DNA from: a virus
DNA length: 64,000 bases
IMG/VR virus record: IMGVR_UViG_3300038454_000106
Span: 37,698-101,697 of that record
Direction: 5' to 3' (one strand)
Numbering within the stretch: position 1 is the stretch's first letter; each line of letters begins with the position of its first letter. The notes below the pieces were generated by a model. It was given only the letters and a program-made list of their open reading frames with translations, did not search any database and had not been told where the DNA came from. The position numbers were made by a program, and so were the translations under genes. Positions 34,371 to 43,456 of the stretch are shown here, piece after piece.

Positions 34371-37124
34371 TCAGACCTCTGCCCACGACTTTCCTTTCTT
34401 GGTCTCGATCGGGAACGGGATCGTCATGCCGTTGACGGCCGTGTGACTCTGCTCGAAGCAGTCTTTGACATCGACCATGAGCCGGTCGGCGTCGTCCTCG
34501 TCGCACTCGAAGATCACCGCATCGTGCACGTCGATGATCGGAAACGCACGGCGACGAAACCTGCGCAGACGCGGCATGATCCGAACAAGCCCGCTCTTGA
34601 TCATGTAGGCGCTGAACGACTGGATGCCCCAATTCACCACGTCGGCCGGCGAGAACATGCCGAGCGGGAACGCACGGAGCCGGTTCAGGAGGAGGCATCG
34701 CATCTCGTGCGGTGGCTTCGCAACTGCAGTCAAGATGCGCTGCTTCCAGGCAATGAGCTGGTGCATCTTCGAGCGCATGAGCGCGATCATCTCGCGTGTC
34801 TTGGCGAGTGAGATCGTCGGGTCACCGAGCTTGACGATGAGCGTCTTGTGGACCGTCTCCTCGGAGCCCTCGTAGAACGAGGCATATTCGGCGTTCTTGA
34901 CGCCCTCACGCAGGATCGAGCGCGATACATCATCCAGCTCCCAGAACTGGGGCCACACCACGGCTGCAAACTCGGCGTGAATGTCCTTACCCCTGGCGAA
35001 GACATCGCAGAGCCAGTCATCGCCTGAGACGAGTGCGATGGCACGGGCCTCCTGCTGCCTGACATCGAACCCGACGAAGATCCGGCCCAGCGGCGCCACG
35101 ACCTGCGCGCGGAGATTCGGGAGCCCAGCGAAGCACACACCACGGCGCGGGATGATCGTGTCGGTGTGCGGACACTCGCCCTTCTTGGGCTTGCTGTGCC
35201 AATAGGCATCAACGCCGACGAGAAGCACCTTGCTCTTGCAGGCGAGGCACTGCATCGGATCGCCCTTGGAGTAGTTTTGGACAACTGGCGCTGAGGCGCC
35301 CCATCGGCCGGTAATCTTGTGTACCGCCCACGTGGGATGGATGCGACCATCATCCTGGACGTGACCGAAGATCGTCTGTCCCTTCTCGTCGACGTGATCG
35401 TACATCGGCAAGACGAAGGTCCCGTAGATCTTCTCACGCTCGCGGAACTCGATGAGCTTCTGCACCATCTGGACGTGCCGGAACTGCTCGAGCACCTCGG
35501 CATCCGTCGCGGGCTGCTTACCGCTCTTCGATCGCTTCTTGAGGAACAGGCCAAGCGACTGGAGCAGTGCCACGACCTGGAGCTGTGCATTCGGATTGAA
35601 CTGCCAGCCCTTCTTTGTAGCTCGCTTTTCGATCTCGGCTCGCCGGAGGTGATAGCGCTCGATCGCCTTGTCGGGATCGGTCTTGCGCTTGACGTTGGCT
35701 TGCTGCGCGGCGAGCCGATCCCAGACCTCGCTACGCTTGCTATCGACGGCCTCGCGCAGCTCGAGGAGCGAGCGGTCGATGACGTCCTTGAGGACGATGG
35801 CCAGCTCGAGATTCACCTCGCGGCTCATCGGGATGCCGTCGAGATGCATCTGGCCTGCGATGAGCGCACACTGGCGATCCAACTCGTAGACCTGCTCGAC
35901 CTCTCGGCGCTTGATCCAGAGCGTGAGCGGCGCCGTCAACGCATGCGTGCTGAGAACATCCTTGGCACAGTACGTGACCGTGTCTTGGTCCGAGTCACCG
36001 CTCGCCCTATACTCGGACTTCCACGGCTCGACGGCCCAGAACTGCGACACGATGGTCTGCAGCTTGTGGCTCATGCCAGGGAACGTGACGTGATGCATGA
36101 GCATCGTGTCGTCCCACGCGTCATCCACCTCGAAGCCGAGCGCCTTGAAGACCGTACGGTCATAACCGATGCCATTCTGGCCAATCTTGCGGATGGCTGG
36201 ATTCTTGAGCAGCAGGCGCAAGAGACGGACTGCATTTGAGCTCAAGAGGCTCCATAGCACCGAGCAAGCCCAGCTTTCGGTGGCGAGCCCGAGCACGCGG
36301 ATCTTCGCTGCGAAGGGCTGGCGCGCATCATGACGCTTGGGGTTGTCGACGTAGGTCTCGAGGTCGATCGTGATCGCGCGTTCCTGCAGGGCTCGTCGGT
36401 ACGCATCGGCCACGAGCTTGTTGGCACGAGTGACGTCGGCGATCTCGGTCTCGATGCCCGAGAAGTCGAGGCGGATGTCACGACCCCGCGCGAGCGACTC
36501 GATCTTGCCCGCTGAGTAGACCAGGTTCCAGAAGCCGATCTCGGCCGCATGCGCGCCCTTCACCTCGCCACCACCGCGCAGGATCGCAGCCGGGTGGATC
36601 GTCGGGATCACGTCGCGCACACGGCCCGTGCCGTCGACATCGACGGCGTGCCACGTGTCCGCCAGCTCGGTGATGCCCTCGAGCCGCGTGGGCAATAGCG
36701 TGCGCGCTGCGATGGCACCCAGTGCGAGGATCGGCACTGGAGGAAGCGAGGCCAGCTCGCGCTGAAGTCGTGGCAAGCAGGCCTTGGCGGCGAGAAGTTT
36801 CTCCTTGATGTCAGCGTTCGGCGGCGGACGGCAAAGCGTCGAGTTCGTGATCCACACCGTCGAGCGATCACGATGAACTTGACTCAGCATCTTGGTGACT
36901 AGCGCGCCCGACGGGCCGATGAAGGGACGAGCCATCTGACACTCTTGTGCGCCAGGGCTTTCTCCGACGATGATCCAGGCCGGATCCTCGGCTGGCCCCT
37001 CGGCGGTAACTGGAGTCGCGGGCATGCCATTACGGGAGAACGGGCACGAAGCACAGTCCGCGCCGGCGACCGATCCTCGACGGTAGGTCCGGATTACCCC
37101 GTCGAATGGGAGATCGTCATCCAC
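34371..37124 (-). CDS. polA: family A DNA polymerase with N-terminal family-4 uracil-DNA glycosylase domain and 3'-5' exonuclease
   Basis: UDG: CASC, VGESPG..E, PFIGPSG, TN..LCRPP, IHPAAILR; exo: DLET, QNGIGYD, DTML, YCAKD; pol: TGRW, FDVRQQEAR, REGVKNAEYASFY, VHDA. Confidence 0.93.
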   Translation of the reverse strand: MDDDLPFDGVIRTYRRGSVAGADCASCPFSRNGMPATPVTAEGPAEDPAWIIVGESPGAQECQMARPFIGPSGALVTKMLSQVHRDRSTVWITNSTLCRPPPNADIKEKLLAAKACLPRLQRELASLPPVPILALGAIAARTLLPTRLEGITELADTWHAVDVDGTGRVRDVIPTIHPAAILRGGGEVKGAHAAEIGFWNLVYSAGKIESLARGRDIRLDFSGIETEIADVTRANKLVADAYRRALQERAITIDLETYVDNPKRHDARQPFAAKIRVLGLATESWACSVLWSLLSSNAVRLLRLLLKNPAIRKIGQNGIGYDRTVFKALGFEVDDAWDDTMLMHHVTFPGMSHKLQTIVSQFWAVEPWKSEYRASGDSDQDTVTYCAKDVLSTHALTAPLTLWIKRREVEQVYELDRQCALIAGQMHLDGIPMSREVNLELAIVLKDVIDRSLLELREAVDSKRSEVWDRLAAQQANVKRKTDPDKAIERYHLRRAEIEKRATKKGWQFNPNAQLQVVALLQSLGLFLKKRSKSGKQPATDAEVLEQFRHVQMVQKLIEFREREKIYGTFVLPMYDHVDEKGQTIFGHVQDDGRIHPTWAVHKITGRWGASAPVVQNYSKGDPMQCLACKSKVLLVGVDAYWHSKPKKGECPHTDTIIPRRGVCFAGLPNLRAQVVAPLGRIFVGFDVRQQEARAIALVSGDDWLCDVFARGKDIHAEFAAVVWPQFWELDDVSRSILREGVKNAEYASFYEGSEETVHKTLIVKLGDPTISLAKTREMIALMRSKMHQLIAWKQRILTAVAKPPHEMRCLLLNRLRAFPLGMFSPADVVNWGIQSFSAYMIKSGLVRIMPRLRRFRRRAFPIIDVHDAVIFECDEDDADRLMVDVKDCFEQSHTAVNGMTIPFPIETKKGKSWAEV

Positions 37125-37150
37125 GAGGTGGGAGGCTACGGGCCTGCGAC

Positions 37151-37173
37151 GTCAACACGTGCCGCGTGTTGAC
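37151..37173. promoter_or_regulatory. inverted repeat between divergent promoters
   Basis: GTCAACACG-TGCCG-CGTGTTGAC, flanked by TAGCCT (- strand) and TATGAT (+ strand) -10-like boxes. Confidence 0.55.
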
Positions 37174-37197
37174 ATCTCTTGTCGCTATGATCGTGTC

Positions 37198-37365
37198 ATG
37201 ATGGTCCGGCGATGGACATCCCGCTGGTGCCTCGTAGGCCTCACGTTCGCGGCGATGCCGCCCGTGGGAAATGGAGACGGTCTGGAGGGAGCCGGAATGC
37301 GTACCCTCGAGCGGAACGTGAGGGGGTCGTTCCTCCCGAGGACGCGGTCCCGGAGCCATCGGTGA
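37198..37365 (+). CDS. small hypothetical protein
   Basis: TATGAT 6 nt upstream; stop overlaps GTG of the next gene; GLEG motif and basic tail. Confidence 0.4.
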   Translation: MMVRRWTSRWCLVGLTFAAMPPVGNGDGLEGAGMRTLERNVRGSFLPRTRSRSHR

Positions 37366-37685
37366 CGACCTACTGGATCTGTCTCCGATGGAACCACGCC
37401 ACCATCGGGCCGCCGGAGTGCCCTTGCTGCCAGGATCACGTCCGCATCGATCTCAACGATCCGGATCACGACGTTGACGCCGAGCTACGCGTCTGGTGGC
37501 GACTGCGCATGGCGCAGAAGCCACCAGCGCTACAAGCGGACATCGCCTCTGCCGGGTGGGGTCTGTATGGTCCGGGCTGGGATCGGACCGTGGCAGCGCT
37601 CGTGGAGGGCGCTCGTCGACGGTCGACGGGCTTTTACGTCCTCAGCCGTGAGTATGAGGATGTCTACTATGGCTTCGTGAGGTAA
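37362..37685 (+). CDS. hypothetical protein
   Basis: CPCC..H motif; start uncertain (37212 possible). Confidence 0.5.
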   Translation: MTTYWICLRWNHATIGPPECPCCQDHVRIDLNDPDHDVDAELRVWWRLRMAQKPPALQADIASAGWGLYGPGWDRTVAALVEGARRRSTGFYVLSREYEDVYYGFVR

Positions 37686-38158
37686 CTCGGCCAGACCAGT
37701 GCCTTGGGCACGAGCAGGACGCGATCCGGAGTTCCACCCATCTCGATCGCGATCTGCGCGGCCTCGACCATGTCAGCGGCGAGGACGAAGCTCGTCTCGC
37801 GTCCCTCGGAGACGGTCCAGCAGCGCAGCTCGGCCAGGCGGCCGAACAGGGCGCCGAGCGCCTGCTCCTTGGCCGTCATGGCAGCCAACTCGTCTCGGAG
37901 GGACTCGATGGTCTTCTCGCGATCGATGGCGCACCCACCTGCCCACTCGAGCTGACTACGGAGCGCCTCGATCTCCTCCTGCGCCTGCTCGAGGAGGCTC
38001 GCAACGGAGCCCTCGATCGGAGCGTGCGCTTCCGCATCATCGTCGTCATCGTCGTCGATGTACTCGCCAGCCGAGAGATCGATGTCCTCCACGGGGGGGA
38101 CCTCCTTGACCTTGGCCAGAGTCGGTCGGGAGGCGTTCTGTCGAGACGTAACCGCCAT
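37667..38158 (-). CDS. hypothetical acidic coiled-coil protein
   Basis: GAGGAGG SD, poly-Asp tract. Confidence 0.6.
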   Translation of the reverse strand: MAVTSRQNASRPTLAKVKEVPPVEDIDLSAGEYIDDDDDDDAEAHAPIEGSVASLLEQAQEEIEALRSQLEWAGGCAIDREKTIESLRDELAAMTAKEQALGALFGRLAELRCWTVSEGRETSFVLAADMVEAAQIAIEMGGTPDRVLLVPKALVWPSYLTKP

Positions 38159-38173
38159 GGACATCCTCCTCGC

Positions 38174-38293
38174 TCAGCGACGCCGGCGCTTCCGGGACTT
38201 CTTGCGAGCCTTGCAGCGACGCGGACAGCAACTCGACAGCTTCAGGCGCTTGCCGCCCTTGCCGACACACCGACGGGTGGTTCGCTTGGCCAT
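38174..38293 (-). CDS. protamine-like Arg/Lys/Cys-rich peptide (39 aa)
   Basis: MAKRTTRRCVGKGGKRLKLSSCCPRRCKARKKSRKRRRR; AAGGAG SD; not in the ORF track. Confidence 0.65.
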   Translation of the reverse strand: MAKRTTRRCVGKGGKRLKLSSCCPRRCKARKKSRKRRRR

Positions 38294-38401
38294 GATGCAT
38301 TGACTCCTTGCGGCCAAGGATAGTCACGCAAATTGACCGGTTGCAACCCCGTTTTGTCACTCGTGCTCGGGATGTCAACGCGAGTCGCTAGACTGCCATC
38401 C

Positions 38402-38683
38402 ATGCGCTACCCTGACCAGCTCCGGCAGCTCTCCAGGGGAATCGAGGCCGTCATGGACGTCCTCGAGTTCCTGGCTCGACTCACGCAGAACACAGCAGAT
38501 GACCAGGCCGTGGCCATCGTGCGGACCGTCCATGCGGCAGTGATCAGCGCGCTGAATGGTCTTGTCGGTCACCTGTCCCCCGAGGACGTACTCGACCAGC
38601 TCACCCGGCTCACGGAGGATCTGAAGCACAATGATCTCGCAACGGATACCGAGCTGGATCGGAAGTTCCGCGATCCGGGCTAG
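38402..38683 (+). CDS. hypothetical helical protein
   Basis: TAGACT 7 nt before ATG 38402. Confidence 0.6.
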   Translation: MRYPDQLRQLSRGIEAVMDVLEFLARLTQNTADDQAVAIVRTVHAAVISALNGLVGHLSPEDVLDQLTRLTEDLKHNDLATDTELDRKFRDPG

Positions 38684-39048
38684 TGCGCTGGTGGAGCCGG
38701 CATTCCGATCGTGGCGGTCGCCTGCAGGACCGAGCGGGCGGCCTCGGAGGCCTTGACGACGGCGGCATCGCTCGGGTCCAGCGCCGCCACGGCGATCGCC
38801 TTGTAGACGGTCTCGAACAGGAGCACGATGGTCTCTCGAGCCGACCGGTACGAGGCGAGTTCCCGCTTGGCTTGCTGCAGCTCGAGGGCCGCGTGGACGA
38901 TCAACGATTGGTGCGTGCGGTCCCAGACGAGGAACGCGTCGCGCGCCGCGTTGACGGTGACCAGGGTCGCCCGGAGCGTGCGCTGCTGCGCCGAGGGACC
39001 ACAGGCAACGGCAAGCAGGACGACCAGGCCGAGCCACGAGCGCCTCAT
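38680..39048 (-). CDS. helical lipoprotein, possible spanin-like lysis protein
   Basis: LVVLLAVAC lipobox; coupled to the holin-like gene. Confidence 0.6.
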   Translation of the reverse strand: MRRSWLGLVVLLAVACGPSAQQRTLRATLVTVNAARDAFLVWDRTHQSLIVHAALELQQAKRELASYRSARETIVLLFETVYKAIAVAALDPSDAAVVKASEAARSVLQATATIGMPAPPAH

Positions 39049-39257
39049 GGCTCGACGGACTCTCGCCGCTTGGCCACGGCCAGGCCGACCGAGGTGAGCG
39101 TCTTGGTACTGGCATAGACGCCAAAGATCCAGGTCGTGTAGTCACGCCAGGCTTGGGCGTCGATGCGTCCTAGGGCAGTCAGCACCGTGGCGCCGACCAG
39201 AAGGAGAATGGCGATCACGCCCTTCTCACTGCTCCACAGGTCTGCGATGGCTCCCAT
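39045..39257 (-). CDS. holin-like small membrane protein
   Basis: 70 aa, two hydrophobic helices, charged C-terminus. Confidence 0.55.
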   Translation of the reverse strand: MGAIADLWSSEKGVIAILLLVGATVLTALGRIDAQAWRDYTTWIFGVYASTKTLTSVGLAVAKRRESVEP

Positions 39258-39355
39258 GGAGTCAGGATGTCATGAGTCCTTTCACTGGACGCAAACATTC
39301 GATAGGCTCGCCCCATACGCCGGACGTCAACGCAGCCGGTCAAGGAGCAAGTGAT

Positions 39356-39676
39356 ATGGCCAAGCGCGCTTTCAACCTTCTCCACTGCGCGGGCATCTAC
39401 AAGCGCGGTCCCAAGAAGGGCCGTGTGAAGGCGACCGATGGCTATGCCAGCCGAGGTCCAAACCGTTGCCCGGCAAAGATGCGTGTGACCAGCCAGAGGC
39501 GGGTGAAGCGCACTGCTGGCTGCCGAACACTGATCGAGAAGGCGTACAAGAGCGGTATCCTCAAGGGCCGCAAGCTCCAGGCCGAGCACAAGCCCACACC
39601 CCCGAGCGTTCCTGCGACGCAGGCCATGCTCAGGGGCGCCGGGCTCGGTCGCGCTGGACGCCGGCGCCGACGCTAG
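39356..39676 (+). CDS. basic protein, putative core protein
   Basis: AAGGAG SD; Lys/Arg-rich; ends LRGAGLGRAGRRRRR. Confidence 0.65.
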   Translation: MAKRAFNLLHCAGIYKRGPKKGRVKATDGYASRGPNRCPAKMRVTSQRRVKRTAGCRTLIEKAYKSGILKGRKLQAEHKPTPPSVPATQAMLRGAGLGRAGRRRRR

Positions 39677-39718
39677 CAAGCACAGACGTGGATTCGGTGC
39701 TGCCGGGGCTGGTCCACG

Positions 39719-40282
39719 TCACTCAGTGAGCACGGAGACGTCCCCACCTCCCTTGGCCAGATAGATCGCCGTCGCGACGAGACCCATGATCGAGACAAGG
39801 CTGAAGCCCAGCACCGGGATCGCCACTGGGTGCAGCGTCCTCTTTGGGGGCTCCTTCACGATCACGATCGGATCGTTGCGGAGGATCTCTGGATGGTCGC
39901 GGTAGGTGTCACCGATGTACTTGCCGATGGCGTCCGAGTTGGCCGCCAGGAGCCGAATCCCATCCTCGGCGCTGAGCTTCGGGTCCAGGAGCGCGGCGAC
40001 CTCGGGTGGAGGCGGGACCGAGCCCGCGAAGACCGCAACGATGAACTTGGCCGCGGTCGTCGACGTCGGACCTGGACGTCCGTCGACCGTGACCTCGGCC
40101 AGGTTGATGGGGAGCTGCTTACCCGACTTCGCCATGGCCTTCGAGACCTGCTGGATGACGTTCTGCAGGAGCAGGAAGGAGTTGAGGCGGTCCTCCGTAC
40201 TGGGGACGCAGACAAAGACGTTGTTGCGAGTGCTACAGGTGTAGCCGGCCGTGGCCGCGCCGAGGATATGGATTCCGAGCAT
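39719..40282 (-). CDS. membrane-anchored protein with peptidoglycan-binding-like motif
   Basis: LQ...VTVDGRPGPTSTTA; C-terminal TM; MLGIHILG start. Confidence 0.6.
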   Translation of the reverse strand: MLGIHILGAATAGYTCSTRNNVFVCVPSTEDRLNSFLLLQNVIQQVSKAMAKSGKQLPINLAEVTVDGRPGPTSTTAAKFIVAVFAGSVPPPPEVAALLDPKLSAEDGIRLLAANSDAIGKYIGDTYRDHPEILRNDPIVIVKEPPKRTLHPVAIPVLGFSLVSIMGLVATAIYLAKGGGDVSVLTE

Positions 40283-40285
40283 GGG

Positions 40286-40930
40286 CTACACCGGGGGTGG
40301 AAGGTAGCGAGACGAGCTGCGACGATGGCGAATCGCCCACGCCGCGCCGAGTCCCAGGAGCAGGATGGCACCACTCGCACCGAGCGTGATCTTGATCCCA
40401 AACGGGAGCTTGAAGTGCATCGGTGGTGGCGGCGAGGGTACGTCGAGATCGTCGGGCAAGTTCTGCGGCAGGATGCGCGCATCGGGAGGCTCGAGGCCCG
40501 GGAAGGTGAGACGCAGACCGCATTGTCCTGGAACACTTCGGCGGGTTGCTGCTGCCGAGAAGAGCGCCGTGAAGGTGACGACGTTGGGCTCGAGGCTCCT
40601 CGCGCTGGGCGCATCGACGAACCGCTGGAGGTTGTCGAAGACCGCGTTGAAGCCAGAGTAGCTCGGAGCCTTGAGGCTCCGTAGCAGTTCCAGCTCCCAC
40701 AGCGTGATGGCATAGCCACCGACGTCGGCGATCCAGGCGACGAAGGCCGGATCGAGAGCCGGGGCTACCTGACTCGGCGGCGAGAGAGTGACGCCATCCT
40801 TGACCGCGAGGGACGCGAGACGATCCGCCTCGCAGCGGAGGAGCGCGATATCAGGAGCCGTCGCCAACCCGTCCTCAGCGAGCAGCCACCATGGCGCGGC
40901 GACCTCGAGCAGGCTTGCGCAGGAAGGCAA
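40286..40930 (-). CDS. membrane-anchored hypothetical protein
   Basis: Pro linker plus C-terminal TM and basic tail; start uncertain. Confidence 0.55.
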   Translation of the reverse strand: MPSCASLLEVAAPWWLLAEDGLATAPDIALLRCEADRLASLAVKDGVTLSPPSQVAPALDPAFVAWIADVGGYAITLWELELLRSLKAPSYSGFNAVFDNLQRFVDAPSARSLEPNVVTFTALFSAAATRRSVPGQCGLRLTFPGLEPPDARILPQNLPDDLDVPSPPPPMHFKLPFGIKITLGASGAILLLGLGAAWAIRHRRSSSRYLPPPV

Positions 40931-41441
40931 AGTAGCCGATGCCCAGCACAGCGATGCCGCCGAGGATCCACTTCCACGGGATCTGCCGCCCCATCCCTGG
41001 CGAGGGTGGCAGGCCCGGAGGTGGCTCCGCGGGCGTGACGGGCGTGCCTGGCTTGGGCGCTGGCACGGGCTTGAGCTGGAGGTAGGTCGCGCCGATCTCC
41101 AGTTGCTTGGCGACCAGCACCGCCGATGCAGCGAGGGTCGTATAGCTGCGCGACGGCGCCACGAGTGTGGATCCGATGGCAGCCGTCGCCGGATTCATGA
41201 GCAGCCACTGGACGACCTTCTGCAGCGCTACAGCGGTCTTGGAGCCGATCTTGCCGTCGACACCAATCGGTGAGAACCCAACCGAGCCTGTGTACTTGTT
41301 GATCGAGGCCTGAATGCTCTTGAAGAGCTGGTCAGTCTTCGGGTCTGTGGCGTAGCAGATGTCCGGCGCCGCGGGATTGGCACACTTGTACGTAGGCGTG
41401 ACGTTCGTGAGATCGGGCGGAGCCGCAAACAGCATGGTCAT
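40875..41441 (-). CDS. membrane-anchored peptidoglycan-binding-domain protein
   Basis: IQASIN...GF.PIGVDGKIGSKTAVALQ; Pro linker; C-terminal TM. Confidence 0.7.
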   Translation of the reverse strand: MTMLFAAPPDLTNVTPTYKCANPAAPDICYATDPKTDQLFKSIQASINKYTGSVGFSPIGVDGKIGSKTAVALQKVVQWLLMNPATAAIGSTLVAPSRSYTTLAASAVLVAKQLEIGATYLQLKPVPAPKPGTPVTPAEPPPGLPPSPGMGRQIPWKWILGGIAVLGIGYFAFLRKPARGRRAMVAAR

Positions 41442-41600
41442 CTCCCCTGGTGGCCAGTCCTCGTTCCGGTGCGATCACCCTAACACAACGTTGACAAACG
41501 GAACCATGCTGCGTGCTAGTGTCAGGTTGAGCTGGCGTGATGCCGCCTGGGCTGGCGGGACATGCCGATTGTAACCACCCCAGGGAGGAGTCTTCCGGTC

Positions 41601-42041
41601 ATGACCGTCACCGCTGCTCGGCAGTTCAACACCAAGAATACGATCGTCTACCTGTTCACCCACGATGGTGGCGCCGGCGATGCCGCCACAATCCCGAACG
41701 ATGCGGGCGCTTCACCGGATCTCACCACGGATGCCGAGGGTGGCCTGCTCAAGGCGATCATGACGGCGCGCACCAACGGCTACGGCGCGTTCGCTGCCGG
41801 CGCGCTCAACCAGGCACAGGCTCGGGCCCTTCTGTTCTCGATGGACCCCAGCAATGTCTTCGGCACGGACAACATCGCGCGCGCACGGTGCGCGACGCTC
41901 ACCATGACGGGCGTTGACGACTGGGTTCTCGACGCCAACGTGGATGGCCAGGGAGATCCCGTGCTCACGGCCACCAAGACGACCACGGCGGCAGGGACGT
42001 TTCTGGTCACGATCCAGGCGCTGCCATCGCCTGACTACTGA
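41601..42041 (+). CDS. putative virion structural protein
   Basis: GGAGGAG SD; Thr/Ala/Gly-rich with beta-strand patterning. Confidence 0.6.
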   Translation: MTVTAARQFNTKNTIVYLFTHDGGAGDAATIPNDAGASPDLTTDAEGGLLKAIMTARTNGYGAFAAGALNQAQARALLFSMDPSNVFGTDNIARARCATLTMTGVDDWVLDANVDGQGDPVLTATKTTTAAGTFLVTIQALPSPDY

Positions 42042-42092
42042 GCCTCTCGCCTAGGGCGACAGGCGTCGCCCCGGTGCGTAGACTGGTGCGGC

Positions 42093-42983
42093 GTGGATTC
42101 GATCCTCCATCCGAACACCGACTGCCTCCCTTGGTGGCATGGCCGGTATGCACTCCTTGCAGAAGGCCGGCAGTACGTCGTCCGGTCGGGCTGTGCCATC
42201 AACGCCGAGGGCAACGTGGGCTGCTCTCCGGAGTCGATGCGAGCCCAAGCGCAGGGCGTGCTCCGCGCTTGGGGCTACTGGTCGATCCTCCGCAGCCTGC
42301 CACTGACCGTGTACACGCTGGCCCGGTACATGGCCTCCGAGGTCGGATCGCACTCGATCGAGACCCGAGCCGCGGTCGGGATGGCGGCGATCAACCGAGC
42401 CAAGCTCGAGGGCCTGGCCGACGTCAACGCCCTCCTCCTGTACCGGCAAGGGACCGGGAGCCCAAACCGCGGCTACTACGGACCGATCCATGGCTCGGGT
42501 GGCACCGGACACCCCTATGGCCGCTGGGCTGCGACCTCACAGGACCCGTCGCTGGCGGACATCCTGCTGGCGGACTTCCTCCTCGGCGGGGGAGATACGG
42601 GCTGGGCTCGAGGTGCCGATGACCAGGCCGATCTCACCAGCACGGCCAACTTCCCGAACCCGGTCGCCACTGTGCGCGGGTTCGGCTCCCAGCGGAGCTA
42701 CTGGATCGGGCCACTCCCTGGTGTCGACCACCGAGTCACCTACCTGATCGCCCGCCGGAACGACATCGAGCCCGACTCGGACGCAGGCCAGTACCTCATT
42801 GAGCGAGGCATCGCGATCTTGTCCGCGCCGTCGCCGAGCTGGTCCGGCCTAGGTGTCTGCGCGCGTACCGGCTGGATCTGGGCCAGTGCGGCCGGCGTAG
42901 CCTCGATCGGGCTCTCGTATCTCCTCAGCGGAACTTGGCCAAGGCGGCGAAGCTTGCTCGGAGGGCCTCCGTCCGACCCGTAG
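42093..42983 (+). CDS. SleB/Hydrolase_2-like cell wall hydrolase with C-terminal TM
   Basis: YTLARYMASE (catalytic Glu position), AVG.AAINRA, TSQDPSLAD; paralog of 43457-44284. Confidence 0.65.
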   Translation: MDSILHPNTDCLPWWHGRYALLAEGRQYVVRSGCAINAEGNVGCSPESMRAQAQGVLRAWGYWSILRSLPLTVYTLARYMASEVGSHSIETRAAVGMAAINRAKLEGLADVNALLLYRQGTGSPNRGYYGPIHGSGGTGHPYGRWAATSQDPSLADILLADFLLGGGDTGWARGADDQADLTSTANFPNPVATVRGFGSQRSYWIGPLPGVDHRVTYLIARRNDIEPDSDAGQYLIERGIAILSAPSPSWSGLGVCARTGWIWASAAGVASIGLSYLLSGTWPRRRSLLGGPPSDP

Positions 42984-43335
42984 ACGTCTCGTGCAGCTTC
43001 TCGCCCGCCTGGCTGATCCAGCGCTGGCGCCGGTTCTGATCGCGCATCCACGCCGAGAGCAAAGTCACGATGGTGGCACTCGCGGTGCCGTACTCGCGCA
43101 CGACGGCGTAGATTGGCTGGGAGCCCTGGCGACGACCTGCGATCTCGACGATGCGAGCGGGGCGGTCCTCGTCGATGATGTCCTCGAAGAGTCGAGCCGC
43201 AACGCCGTTGCGCAAGAGTGCATTGAGCCAGTGCGCAACAACCTCATCGTCGAGATCATCGCGCTCGACCCGTGTGAGATATCGCTGGCGAAAGCGCAAC
43301 AGTGCGTGATTCGACACGTTGATGTCTGCAGTCAC
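42925..43335 (-). CDS. RelE/DUF4258-like putative RNase
   Basis: VSNHALLRFRQR ... IYAVV ... TIVTL pattern; start uncertain. Confidence 0.45.
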   Translation of the reverse strand: MTADINVSNHALLRFRQRYLTRVERDDLDDEVVAHWLNALLRNGVAARLFEDIIDEDRPARIVEIAGRRQGSQPIYAVVREYGTASATIVTLLSAWMRDQNRRQRWISQAGEKLHETSTGRTEALRASFAALAKFR

Positions 43336-43456
43336 GCGAACACGATACGAGGTCTGGACGACAACGACTCCCGCCATCACTGGCCAGCACGCTGGCCAGC
43401 CCATGCTACTCTTCCTCGTCACGTCTCTGCAGCTCGCCCGTGATAGCCTGTGGATG

